Source of the DNA: Azolla caroliniana
Taxonomy: Eukaryota > Plantae > Polypodiophyta
Assembly: GCA_043228905.1 (NCBI GenBank)
Contig: JBHGNT010000012.1
Span: 16,306,001 to 16,370,000, forward strand
Length of the DNA: 64,000 nucleotides
Direction of reading: 5' to 3'
Below the pieces are notes generated by a model that was given only the letters and a program-made list of their open reading frames with translations, was not told where the DNA came from and did not search any database. Within the stretch, counting starts at the first letter, position 1, and every line of letters starts with the position of its first letter. The translations under genes were made by a program, and so were the position numbers. This document shows positions 34,271-45,830 of the stretch, one piece after another.

Positions 34271-34363
34271 GTTTAAACCGATTTTGGTCGTTCTTCCTTC
34301 CTCCTCTTCCTTTCCTCCTCTTCCTTTTATCTTCTTATTAATCCTCTTATCCTCCCTAATAAA

Positions 34364-35450
34364 ATGGAAACTGTTAGCGCTCAGGAATACCAATCTGTTT
34401 TCTCGGAGCTCCAGTACTTAAAAGAGAAATTTGTAGCACTAGAACAAGAAAATCATCGTTTGTTGGGGGATCTTCAACAAATAGCGCTGAAAAAACAACA
34501 ACAACATGGGGAGCTGACGTTACGTGTACAATAACTCGAAGCGACTATCGTATCATTACAACAACAAGGATCAAGCACTCAAGGGATTCACAAAGAACCC
34601 AAGATCAGTTTTCCTGCAAAATTTGATGGGACCCAATCACAGTTTAGAGGGTTTTTGAATCAGGTACGTTTAGTGATACAAATGCATCCTTCTCGATATC
34701 CCACCGATGCATCACGAGTGGGACTAGTAGGCACTCTCCTTAGTGGCTCAACGTTAACATGGTGTGCTCCATTGTTGGAAAATGAATCTCCATTACTAAA
34801 CAGTTTTGAAGAATTTATAAATGAGTTTAAGGCCTGTTTTGGAGATATTGACAGCATAAGGACTGCAATCAACAAAATCCGGCGATTACGCCAAGGTGAC
34901 CGTCCAGCCTCCGCATTTGCTGCAGATTTCCTCCTACTCGCTGTCGATATCCCTTGGGATGATCACACATTGATGGAGCAATTTCGTTATGGTTTACGCA
35001 ACGATGTCAAGGATTTACTCTTGACCTTCTCTGAAGAGCCAAAGTCATTAACAGAAGCAATCATTCGCGCAGTGAGATGCGACAACCGCCTCTTCGAACG
35101 ATGTTCAGAACGACAATTCCAGATTCCGAGGGAGTCATATAATACGCCTCCAGTAAGTAATCCAACTCCAATGGAAATTGACACCATACGTCGTCGTGGA
35201 CCACTATCAGAAGAAGAAAAGCAACGACACCGAGCAAACCGACTATGTCTTTATTGCGGTGGACCAGGGCATATTGCGGTAAATTGTCCCCATAGGCCAA
35301 GAAGGCAGGTAAACCAAATAGTTACTAGTTCTGATTGTACTAAACCCTAGTCTATTTTAGTAGGGATATTTGATAGTCCTAATAGTACTAATAGCCCAAA
35401 TCTAGGAAACAAATTTGATGTCCTTAGTTAGTTAGAAGAAGAGTTAAACG
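34364..35450 (+). pseudogene. gag: E gag (Ty3/PEG10-like capsid and zinc knuckle)
   Basis: PAKFDGTQSQFRGFLNQV, QFRYGL, PMEID, CLYCGGPGHIAVNC; internal stops. Confidence 0.9.
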
Positions 35451-35533
35451 ACTAAGTCCAACCAAAATAGGAATCGTTTGGTTGGACAACCCTAGATTTG
35501 TGCAGACCATGAGTCGTTCCCAAAGACCAGTCA

Positions 35534-36343
35534 ATGGCGGATGGCCGTGTCAAGACTTTCTCCACACTTGTTCTAGAGACTTGGGCAAATGCGTCGGAAA
35601 GCAAACGTGAGACCCAAGAGACGGAAGGTGGCGGCGAGGAAGTGAAGGTCAAGGCTAATACATGCGAAGAAGAAGGAGACGTTAAGCCGAAGAGGGTAGA
35701 AGACGATCATGAAGAGATTTTCCCCACAAAAGTTCTTGAGACTTGGGCATTAACCGATGTACGACCCAAGCGAAGGACGGTGGCGGCAAAGAAACAAAGA
35801 TCAACGTCAACACGAACAACCATAAGGTGGAAGTGGCAAAGAGTTGCACGACAAAGGCAATGCCAAACTACAAAATTCCTCCACACTCATTTGAAAGACT
35901 TGGGCATTAATCGATATAAGACCCAAGAGAACGACGATGGCGGCGAGGAAGCAAGGGTTAAAGCCAATGTGTGCAACAAGCAAGTAAAGCAAAGCAAAAT
36001 GACGAAAGTCCATGTGTGCGACAAAGAAGTCAAGCAAAGCATGAAGACAAAAGCAAATGTGTGCGACAAAGAGACCAAGCAAACCTCAAAAAGTAAAGAT
36101 GGGGGCCAAGTGGGCCAATTGGATACAAAAGATGTGATCACAAAATCTAACAAGGATAATACTAGCATAGAAGTCATAGAACACAAGAGTATACCACAAA
36201 AGTGGACAAAGTGGGAAGCATACAATATGGTCACTTCAGGACCTACAAGAGAGCATGTCGTTAAAGAATGGACCACTAAGAGTACTCAACAAGAGTACTT
36301 CGATAAGGCCTTTGAAAGACATGCATGGAACAAGAAAGAATGA
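35534..36343 (+). pseudogene. 3' part of the D ORF, upstream tandem copy
   Basis: First ~115 aa identical to the matching part of ORF 38117-39916, then diverged. Confidence 0.85.
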
Positions 36344-36597
36344 TAAGAGAAAATTAGATGACCAAGGAGATGGCCGAGATGAAGGTGGCACATGCATAAG
36401 GAGTGAAGCATTATGCTCTAGAGGAGCAAAGAGAGCCATGTAAATCGGTCATGGAAATGCACAAATTCAGCGAAGAATATGGTGGATCGGATGACAATGG
36501 CGATTCGGGTACATCAACGAAAAATTAAAGTAAACAGAAATGGAGCCTCATCACAATTGGCACATACCGGTGGATGTGCAGGTTTGGTGGGGGTGAA

Positions 36598-38071
36598 TGT
36601 CGTGTGAATCTTCACACACTATGTAAAAAAATAATGAAATAATTATTACAGATTAGATTAGTAGCTTACTATAGAAAGATGGATATACTCAAGAGCTTCA
36701 AAGTGTATTTTACTATATACAAAATGGACAAATACATACCAAGTTATGCGAAAATAATGTTTGATTAGATAGGGAAATTAGAACTATCCCACATAGATAG
36801 GAAAGTTAAGGCCCTGGCTATATAAACACCTTGAGCTCCCTCATTTTTCATTTGTGCTAAGAGCACTTTGGCCACATTGTCTTGATGGATGATGGTGGCC
36901 ATATTCCTTAAAATCGGAAACCGGCCGGTAAGCAAATCCGGAAAACGGGTCCGGTAAGCAAATCCGGAAATGGGCTTGTAAGAAAATTTGGAAATGGGCT
37001 GGTAAGCAAATCTGGAAACCGGCCGGTATTCAATCTGGAAACCGGCCGATATGCAAAACCGGAAGCGGAACGGGTATGCAAACTGGTTGGTAAGCAAAAC
37101 CGGAAACTGGCTTGTAAGCAAAACCGGAACCAGCCGGCAAGCAAACTGGAACTGGAACAGGTATGCAAACCGGAAACCGGCCGGCAAGCAAATCGGAACC
37201 GGAACGGGTATGCAAACCGGAAACTGGCCGGCAAGCAAAACCGGAAATCAGTCGGTAAGCAAAACTGGAACCGGCCGGCAAGCAAAACCGGAACCGGAAC
37301 CGGCAAGCAAACTGGAACCGGAATCGGCCGGCAAGCAAAACCGGAACCGAAACCGGCAAGCAAACCGGAACCGGCCGGCAAGCAAAATGGAACCGGCTAC
37401 CGGACAGGGTTGGACGCGGACGGACAAAAGATTGGATCATGCAACAAACTAAAGTAAAGTGAAGAGAACTAAAGTAAAGGCCAAGTGGACGCAAGCAACT
37501 AAAGAAGGGAGTGCATGGAAAAAGTAAAGGTCATGTGGACAGTCACATGCAACCAAAAGAAAAAGCTAGGCAACTAAAAGTAGAGGCCATGCAACAAAAA
37601 GTGAAAAGGCTATGATCAAGAGAGAACTCCATATTTATTCTATTTTTTTTTTCTACACGAAGACTCTCCATGTTATCTTAATTTTCTTTTCTTTTCTTTG
37701 GGAGCTCTCTTATCTTATCAAAGCCAAGAACCCTAATCTTCCCTACGGAAGTTATCACTCAAGTAAACCATAATTTCCATACGGAAGCAATCTCTCAAAA
37801 TCCAAAATTCCTTGTCAAAACCATCACTCAAGAATCATAATCTCTTATTTCCTCTAATCTATTATTCTAATCATCTCCATAAGATAAAACTTTTGTAATC
37901 CCAATCTTGGGATTGATTGTAATCTTTCTTTCCCTTTTATTAATGAAATTTGTTAATCTTTCTCATTTCGGTTAATTCTTAGTATATAAATACACGAATT
38001 TGATATCTTCTAGACAAAGGCCCCGGGGTTTTGCCTCAACGTTCACGTATCCCCGTCGCATTTTCGCGACA
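36598..38071 (+). repeat. Middle LTR of D (1474 bp) with CCGG-rich minisatellite at about 36910-37403
   Basis: TGTCG...CGACA ends; AAACCGGAACCGGCCGGCAAGC-type units. Confidence 0.92.
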
Positions 38072-38116
38072 TATTTGGTGAACCCGACGTGAAACGAGGC
38101 GGCAGGAGGATATCTC

Positions 38117-39916
38117 ATGGTAGCATATCGATACAAAGAACCGAAGAGATGCAAACTATACGAGTTCGATCAATGGGTATCATTATTAAAGACCCACCAA
38201 AGTGCCATGCATGCTTTCGTTGAGTTCGAGTGTCGCTTTGCCCAACTCTCGGAGCCGGATCAAAGATTGGTGGGGGTGGAAAAAGTCCTAATGTTTGTGA
38301 AATCGATAGACCGGAAGGAAAGGAATGCCATTGGAATCCGACTTGAAGATGACGATGGTGCAAATGGCCTCACAGAAGATTGGACGAAAGTGGAAAGAGT
38401 ATGTCGACTTCACGATGAGAGGAAGGCAAGATTCTCATCGGTGACAACACAACGTACTAGGGATGGTGAAAAGAGGACGGGAAGCAACTACAAACTACCA
38501 CCTAAAGAAGAAAACTCGAAGAGGGAAGGTTCAACAATACTCGACATAGAAGTCTTGATGGAAGAGGCATTCGAGAACTTAAAGACGCAAGTTGAGGTTG
38601 AAGAGAAGCTTCAAAAGGAGCAAAAATTGAAGCAAATGATGAGCAAGGAAGAAGAGACCTCCCAACAAATGCGGATTAATGATACGGCTGATAAAAAGGC
38701 CCAGGTTCGGTACCACCATGTAACCACGGAAGAAGGTGTGGAACAAGAGACCTTCTCATCTTGCAAAGAAAGAATGAAAAAGAAAGAAACCAATGAATTG
38801 AGGGTGGCGAATGCCACTTCAAGCGAAGACAAATGTTTCGGAACACGCATTGTGTCTGAAACATCAAGTGATGAAGGTGCTAGCATGAGCAAAGCTTGCA
38901 TGATCAAGGGAGATGAAAAGTGTAAGGTCAACATGATTGAGGAGGTAGCCACGACAAACGACATTGAGTCTGAGGTGGCTAAAGACCAGTCAATGGCGGA
39001 TGGCCGTGTCAAGACTTTCTCCACACTTGTTCTAGAGACTTGGGCAAATGCGTCGGAAAGCAAACGTGAGACCCAAGAGACGGAAGGTGGCGGCGAGGAA
39101 GTGAAGGTCAAGGCTAATACATGCGAAGAAGAAGGAGACGTTAAGCCGAAGAGGGTAGAAGACGATCATGAAGAGATTTTCCCCACAAAAGTTCTTGAGA
39201 CTTGGGCATTAACCGATGTAAGACCCAAGCGAAGGACGGTGGCGGCAAAGAAACAAAGATCAACGTCAACACGAACAACCATAAGGTGGAAGTGGCAAAG
39301 AGTTGCACGACAAAGGCAATGCCAAACTACAAAATTCCTCCACACTCATTTGAGAGACTTGGGCATTAATCGATGTAAGACCCAAGCGAAGGACGATGGC
39401 AGCGAGGAAGCAAGGGTTAAAGCCAATGTGTGCAACAAGGAAGTAAAGCAAAGCAAAATGACGAAAGTCCATGTGTGCGACAAAGAGACCAAGCAAACCT
39501 TAAAAAGCAAAGATGTGGGCCAAGTGGGCCAAGCGGATATGAAAGATGTGATCACAAAATCTAACAAGGTTAATAATAGTGTAGAAGTCATAGTCAACTC
39601 AAAGACGAGAGTATACCACAAAAGTGGACAAAGTGGGAAGCATGCGATGTGGTCACTTAAGGACCTAGCGGAGAGCATGCCGCTAAAGACCGAATTGCTA
39701 AGAGTACTCAAGAATAGTATTTCGATAAGGCTTTTGAAAGACATGCATGGAACAAGAAAGAATGATAAGAGAATATTAGATGACCAAGGAGATGGCCGAG
39801 ATGAAGGTGGCACATGCATAAGGAGTGAAGCATTATGCTCTAGAGGAGCAAAGAGAGCCATGACAATCGGTCATGGAAATGCACAAATTCAACGAAGAAT
39901 ATGGTGGATCGGATGA
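38117..39916 (+). CDS. D ORF, 599 aa: partial capsid domain fused to a Lys/Glu/Thr-rich region of unknown function
   Basis: EFDQWV...EKVLMFVKSIDRKER...LEDDDGANGLTEDW is homologous to H and to B/C gag; uninterrupted from PBS to near the PPT. Confidence 0.75.
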   Translation: MVAYRYKEPKRCKLYEFDQWVSLLKTHQSAMHAFVEFECRFAQLSEPDQRLVGVEKVLMFVKSIDRKERNAIGIRLEDDDGANGLTEDWTKVERVCRLHDERKARFSSVTTQRTRDGEKRTGSNYKLPPKEENSKREGSTILDIEVLMEEAFENLKTQVEVEEKLQKEQKLKQMMSKEEETSQQMRINDTADKKAQVRYHHVTTEEGVEQETFSSCKERMKKKETNELRVANATSSEDKCFGTRIVSETSSDEGASMSKACMIKGDEKCKVNMIEEVATTNDIESEVAKDQSMADGRVKTFSTLVLETWANASESKRETQETEGGGEEVKVKANTCEEEGDVKPKRVEDDHEEIFPTKVLETWALTDVRPKRRTVAAKKQRSTSTRTTIRWKWQRVARQRQCQTTKFLHTHLRDLGINRCKTQAKDDGSEEARVKANVCNKEVKQSKMTKVHVCDKETKQTLKSKDVGQVGQADMKDVITKSNKVNNSVEVIVNSKTRVYHKSGQSGKHAMWSLKDLAESMPLKTELLRVLKNSISIRLLKDMHGTRKNDKRILDDQGDGRDEGGTCIRSEALCSRGAKRAMTIGHGNAQIQRRIWWIG

Positions 39917-40019
39917 CAATGGCGATTCGGGTACATCAACGAAAAATTAAAGTAAACAAAAATGGAGCCTCATCACAATTGGCACATACCGGTGGATGTG
40001 CAGGTTTGGTGGGGGCGAA

Positions 40020-41370
40020 TGTCGTGTGAATCTTCACACACTATGTAAAAAAATAATGAAATAATTATTACAGATTAGATTAGTAGCTTACTATAGAAAG
40101 ATGGATATACTCAAGAGCTTCAAAATGTATTTTACTATATACAAAATAGAGAAATACATATCAAGTTATGGGAAAATGAAGTTTGACTAGATAGAGAAAT
40201 TAGAACTATCCCACATAGATAGGAAAGTTAAGGCCCTGGCTATATAAACATCTTGAGCTCCCTCATTTTTTCATTTGTGCTAAGAGCACTTTAGCCACTT
40301 TGTCTTGATGAATGATGGTGGCCAAAGTCCCTAAAACCGGAAACGGGCTGGTAAGCAAATCCGGAAACGGGCCGGTAAGCAAATCCGGAAACGGGCCGGT
40401 ATGCAATCTGGAAACCGGCCGGTATGCAAAACTGGAACCGGAATGGGTATGCAAACCGGTTGGTAAGCAAAACCGGAACCGGCCGGCAAGAAAACCGGAA
40501 CCGGAACGGGTATGCAAATCGGAAACCGGCCGGCAAGCAAAACCGGAACCGGAACCGGCAAGCAAACTGGAACCGGCCGGCAAGCAAAACCGGAACCGGA
40601 ACCGGAACCGGAACCGGAACCGGCAAGCAAACCGGAACCGGCCGGCAAGCAAAATCGGAACCGGAACCGACCGGCGAGCAAAAATGGAATCGGCTACCGG
40701 ACGATGTTGGACGCGGACGGACAAAAGATTGGATCATGCAACAAACTAAAGTAAAGTGAAGAGAACTAAAGTAAAGGCCATGTGGACGCAAGCAACTAAA
40801 GAAGGGAGTGCATGGAAAAAGTAAAGGTCATTTGGACAGTCACATGCAACCAAAAGAAAAAGCTAGGCAACTAAAAGTAGAGGCCATGCAACAAAAAGTG
40901 AAAAGGCTATGATCAAGAGAGAACTCCATATTTATTCCATTTTTTTTTTCTACACGAGGACTCTCCATGTTATCTTAATTTTCTTTTCTTTTCTTTGGGA
41001 GCTCTCTTATCTTATCGAAGCCAATAACCCTAAATTTCCCTACGGAAGCTATCTCTGAAGTAAACCATAATTTCCATACGGAAGTAAGCTCTCAAAATCC
41101 AAAATTCCTTGTCAAAGCCATATCACTCAAGAATCATAATCTCTTATTTCCTCTAATCTATTATTCTAATCATCTCCATAAGATAAAACTTTTGTAATCC
41201 CAATCTTGGGATTGATTGTAATCTTTCTTTCCCTTTTATTAATGAAATTTGTTAATCTTTCTCATCTCGATTAATTCTTAGTACATAAATACACGAATTT
41301 GATATCCTCTAGACAAAGGCCCCGGGGTCTTGCCTCAACGTTCATGTATCCTCGTCGTATTTTCGCGACA
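40020..41370 (+). repeat. 3' LTR of D (1351 bp) with CCGG minisatellite at about 40333-40700
   Basis: Direct repeat of 36598-38071 with fewer minisatellite units. Confidence 0.92.
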
Positions 41371-41389
41371 CCGTGTCCAGCCTCTGTAG

Positions 41390-42101
41390 TGTTAGGAACT
41401 GCACGCTCCCTATGCGCAACGCTCGACCACAACTGAGCTTAGAAACATACATAGAAAAAACGGGGAATGGATGCACGACAGAAAAGGACAGAAGAGTACA
41501 CAGGATGTTTAACGTGGAAAATCTTGAGAGGGAAAAAACCACGAGTGTCCACAGACTCCAAACTATCACTATATCACAAGGATTACAACAGTGAGCTCAC
41601 GGAGGCAACAACCTCGTGCTCACGATCTTTGCCACAGGCGGCGGTTACAACAGAGGCAACGACCTCCTCCTCTCTCTCTCTCTCTCTCTCTCTGTACACT
41701 GTTACACGCTCTCAAGTCTTGCACCAACAAGAATGACAACAACAATAAAAAGTTTGCCCTAAGTCATATTTATACTAATATGACTTTTCGGCTATTTACA
41801 CATATAGCCCCGATGGACTCTCAGAAACATATTTCCGAATATGTCCCTTCATCCGGTGAGCACTCCTCACCGGGCCTGCATCATCCGGCGCTTGCCGGGT
41901 ACTCCTTATCCGGTTCTCACCGGGTCTTCCGTTGCCGGGTACTCCTCATCCGGTTCTCACTGGGTCTTCTGTAGTCGGGTACTCTTCATCCGATTCTCAC
42001 CGGGTCTGCACTATTCGGCTCATGCCGGGTACTCCACATCCGAGTTTGTTTATCAGTACTGTTCTTCTCACTTCCCATCCGGAGGGACCTGTTTCCTAAC
42101 A
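41390..42101 (-). mobile_element. Copia-type solo LTR (712 bp) related to the G LTRs
   Basis: TGTTAGGAA...TTCCTAACA ends, TSD TGTAG; shares CACAGACTCCAAACTATCACTATA and GCCCTAAGTCATATTTATACT with the G LTR. Confidence 0.88.
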
Positions 42102-45100
42102 TGTAGTAGTCATTGATGGTCGTCCCATTGCTTCCGGAAATATCATAGAAGAGTCAGAGCCCGTTAATATTGTCCTAGATAATCTAGCATGTGCAGTATC
42201 ATTTAATATAATTAGCATCCCATTTTTTTAGGATTACCATGGTTCGAATTACATAACCCAGACATAGATTGGAGAACAAGAGAAATCCGGTATCGAAAAG
42301 CCCGAGGGTCTACTCATGAGATTGCAACCATTTCGCTACATCAGTTGCGGGAAGAAGGACGCAAGGAAGAAATGTTTCTCTTCGCAATATCAGTAAAGCC
42401 CTCAGACACCATTAAAGAGGAGTCCACCGTTCAACTTCCAAAGAAGTATCATCATTATGCCGATGTGTTCGATAAAGTACAAGCCAATACACTTCCTCAC
42501 CATCGACCGTATGATTGCCCCATCGATTTACAACCGGGGAAAGAGCCACCATGGGGACCGATCTACAATTTGTCACCAACCGAGCTAGAAGTCCTACGAG
42601 CCTATATAGAGGAGAATTTGGAAAATGGTTTCATTCAGCATTCGAAATCTCCAGTCGGCGCACCCATTTTCTTCGTCAAGAAAAAGGATGGATCACTTCG
42701 TCTCGTTGTAGATTACCGTGGCTTGAATAAGGTGACAATCAGAAATAGGTATGCACTTCTCCTTATCTCAAGTCTTTTAGAACGGATCAATGGTGCCAGG
42801 TTCTTCACGAAGATTGACTTATGGGGAGCCTATAACCTCGTACGGATCCGACTAGGAGATGAATGGAAGTCCGTGTTTCGCACCAGATATGGGCACTTCG
42901 AGTATACAGTCATGCCGTTCGGCCTCACTAATGCGCGAGTAGTCTTCCAGCACATGGCAAATGATATATTCCGAGATCTCTTGGATGTTTGTTTGATCAT
43001 CTATTTGGATGATCTACTAGTTTATTCGAAGACCCAAGAAGAGCATGATTCTCATGTACTGTTAGTACTAAAATGACTTCGAGAACATGGTCTTTATGCA
43101 AAGCTGGAAAAATGTAGTTTTGGGTGCAACCAGGTGGAATTTCTGGGCTATGTCATTTCCTCGGAAGGCATCTCCATGGACCCAGCTAAGGTCAAAACTA
43201 TGGTAGAGTGGCAGACTCCGCGTTCGGTGCGAGATGTGCAATGCTTTTTAGGTTTTGCCAATTTTTACCGGAAGTTCATACATGATTACTCAAAGCTCGT
43301 TCTGCCTCTCACACAACTTATCAGGAAGGGACAATCATTCGTTTGGTCTAAATAAGAGGACATGGCTTTCGAAAGTCTTAAAAAGGCATTTACATCGGCT
43401 CTAATTCTAGCTCATGTCGATCCGGAAAAACCATTCATTATCGAATGGGGAGCATTGGGGAGCATTTTTTCACAATGGGGTAATGATGAGAAGCTACATC
43501 CTGTGGCTTTTCACTCATGCAAGTTTGACGCCGTAGAAATCAACTACGAAATTCATGATAAGGAGCTATTGGCAATAATGGACTCTTTTACGCAATGGAA
43601 GCATTTTCTAGAGGGATCCTTCATCATGTCACCGTATTCAATGACCACAAAAACCTTGCCTACTTTCAGGACGCTCGTGTGTTAAATCGACGTCAAGCTC
43701 GGTGGGCCCACTTCCTCACGCGTTTCGACTTCAAAATTACATATCGTCCAGGGAAGCACCAAGGGAAGGCAGATGCATTATCACGGCGTTCGTACCTAGC
43801 ACCGCGTCTCGGCGAGCCAACTTTTGATAACCAAAAGCAAGTAATCTTGGGACCGACACAACTGCAAGCAACACAGGTCTTTGGCATGCCAATGGATTCC
43901 CACGTTATCGATACTATACGTGAGGACTTGAAGACTAATGCTTTCGCCCAAGCCATTCTAGCACAAATTGATCCCTCTCGAGCATCTTGTTCACAGTCGC
44001 AACCACCAGGTACGGACTATCAGCAATTCAAATACCATGATGGATTACTATTCTTTAATGAACTCTTGTATGTTCCTAATGGTTCTTGCCACCTTCGAGT
44101 AGTCCAAAACTGTCATGACACATATATAGCTGGGCATTTTGGTAGTACTAAAACATTAGATTTAGTACAACGATCATTTTGGTGGCCCCGTATGCGACAA
44201 TTTGTCGAAGATTTTTTTCGGATTTGTGATACATGTTGCAGAGCGAAAATGCCAAGGCATCATCCATATGGTTTATTAGAACCATTACCAATTCCAAGCA
44301 AGCCATGGCAATCCATTGCTCTAGACTTCATCACAGATCTTCTAGTCTCTAAGGGGTTCAATGCGATTCTAATAGTCGTAGATCGATATACGAAGATGGC
44401 TCATTTCTTGCCTTGTACTAAGGAAATATCCAGTGAAGAAATCGCTGAAATTGTCATGCGTGAAGTATCATCAGCGACCGTGGACCCCAGTTCGTATCGA
44501 AATTCTGGAAGCACCTTTTTAAAATGCTCAAGGTCACGTGTAACCTTTCCTCTGACTACCACCCACAAACAGATGGCCAAGCAGAAGGAACAAATCAAAC
44601 ACTGGAGCAGTATCTTCGGTGCTTTCTAAGCTATCATCAGGATTACTGGGTAGATATTCTCCACTTCGCCGAATTTTCCTACAATACCTCTGTCCATGCA
44701 TCGACTAAAGTTACGCCATTTTATGCTTATACGGGTTCTCACCCCCGGTGGTGTGTATTTGAAACTCTAGAGTTGTCCACGAATCCTTACGCAGAGGATC
44801 GTTTAGAGCGGTTACGCAAGATACAAGCCGATTTATCTACTCATCTCCAACAAGCTCAACAAGCACACAAAGTTTACGCAGATCGTCATCGACTTCCATC
44901 CAGTTTTAACATTGGAGATCGGGTATGGCTACTACGACGGCACATCAAGACTACTCGCCCATGCGAGAAGTTGGATTATCGACGATTAGGTCCTCTCCGT
45001 ATTATAGGAAAGATTAATGATGTCGCTTTTCGTCTCGATCTACCTCCGCAACTTCGGATACATCCGGTGTTTCATAGTTCTCTCCTCGAACCCTATAAAG

Positions 45101-45393
45101 AGAACACCATCCCAGGACGTATTACACAGCCTCCACCCCCGATCGAGCTTGAAGATGGACGTGAGTATGAGGCTGCTACCATCCTTGATTCCAAGATTGT
45201 TCGCAACAAGCTCTACTATCTGGTTGATTGGCTAGGATATAGTCCCAACGAGTGTACTTGTGAACCGATAGAGAATGTGACTAATGCTCGTGCTCTTCTT
45301 GAAGACCTCCATCGTCAATATCTAGACAAACTGGGTCCTCAATCCAAAACGACTCGTGACACTCGTCATTTTAAAAGGGGGATAGTGTCATGA
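42102..45393 (+). pseudogene. pol: E pol: protease remnant, RT, RNase H, integrase, chromodomain
   Basis: [53 protein letters not shown]...YYLVDWLGY; many stops and frameshifts. Confidence 0.92.
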
Positions 45394-45830
45394 TATGGCA
45401 AGACTCGAACCCTTGACCTTATGATACATGGGTCGAGCTCTTGACCATTAGACCATACATTGTAATACATAAAATATTATTTTCATTTATGTTTTATTAT
45501 AGAAAATTGATGTATATTCCAGATTTCTCTGGAACATTCTAGAAACTTGAAGAGTATTCCTGAGAACACTATAAAAGGAGGCACAAGGCATTATTTCAAA
45601 CCAAATTGGTTCAACGCCAGTCTTAAGCCTCCTAGCTATTATTGTACATTCTCTTCACATAATATATATCTTTTCTTATCATCACTCTCCCTCTCTCTCT
45701 CTCTCTCTCCCTCCCTCTCACTCACTCTTTCCTTCTTTGGAGGGTGTTCTTTGGAGAGTTCTTCACCTCTCTTAGTACTAATACTTCTTTTAGTACTAAT
45801 TCCTTCTTTGTCTTAGTACTGTTCCTGACA
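45386..45830 (+). repeat. 3' LTR of E
   Basis: TGTCA...TGACA ends, followed by TSD ATTGC. Confidence 0.93.

Larger units (their letters stand above)
35522..41370 (+). mobile_element. Element D: tandem non-autonomous gag-only Phygy-like element (partial internal - LTR - internal - LTR), 5' end deleted
   Basis: LTRs 36598-38071 and 40020-41370, each preceded by a PPT; tRNA-Trp PBS 38076-38093; right flank CCGT; internal region only 1.95 kb. Confidence 0.88.
33840..45830 (+). mobile_element. Element E: Tcn1-like chromovirus carrying nested D and a Copia solo LTR
   Basis: LTRs 33840-34270 and 45386-45830, 5-bp TSD ATTGC, PPT AAAAGGGGGATAG, no tRNA PBS, C-terminal chromodomain. Confidence 0.92.

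Noticed and set aside
35400-35460. -1 frameshift site between E gag and pol (GGAAAC or GTTAAAC)
   Set aside because: The region is decayed and the downstream protease is deleted, so the frame cannot be tested.
36765-37494. Overlapping repetitive ORFs on both strands (also 40263-40791)
   Set aside because: By-products of the stop-poor CCGG minisatellite inside LTRs.
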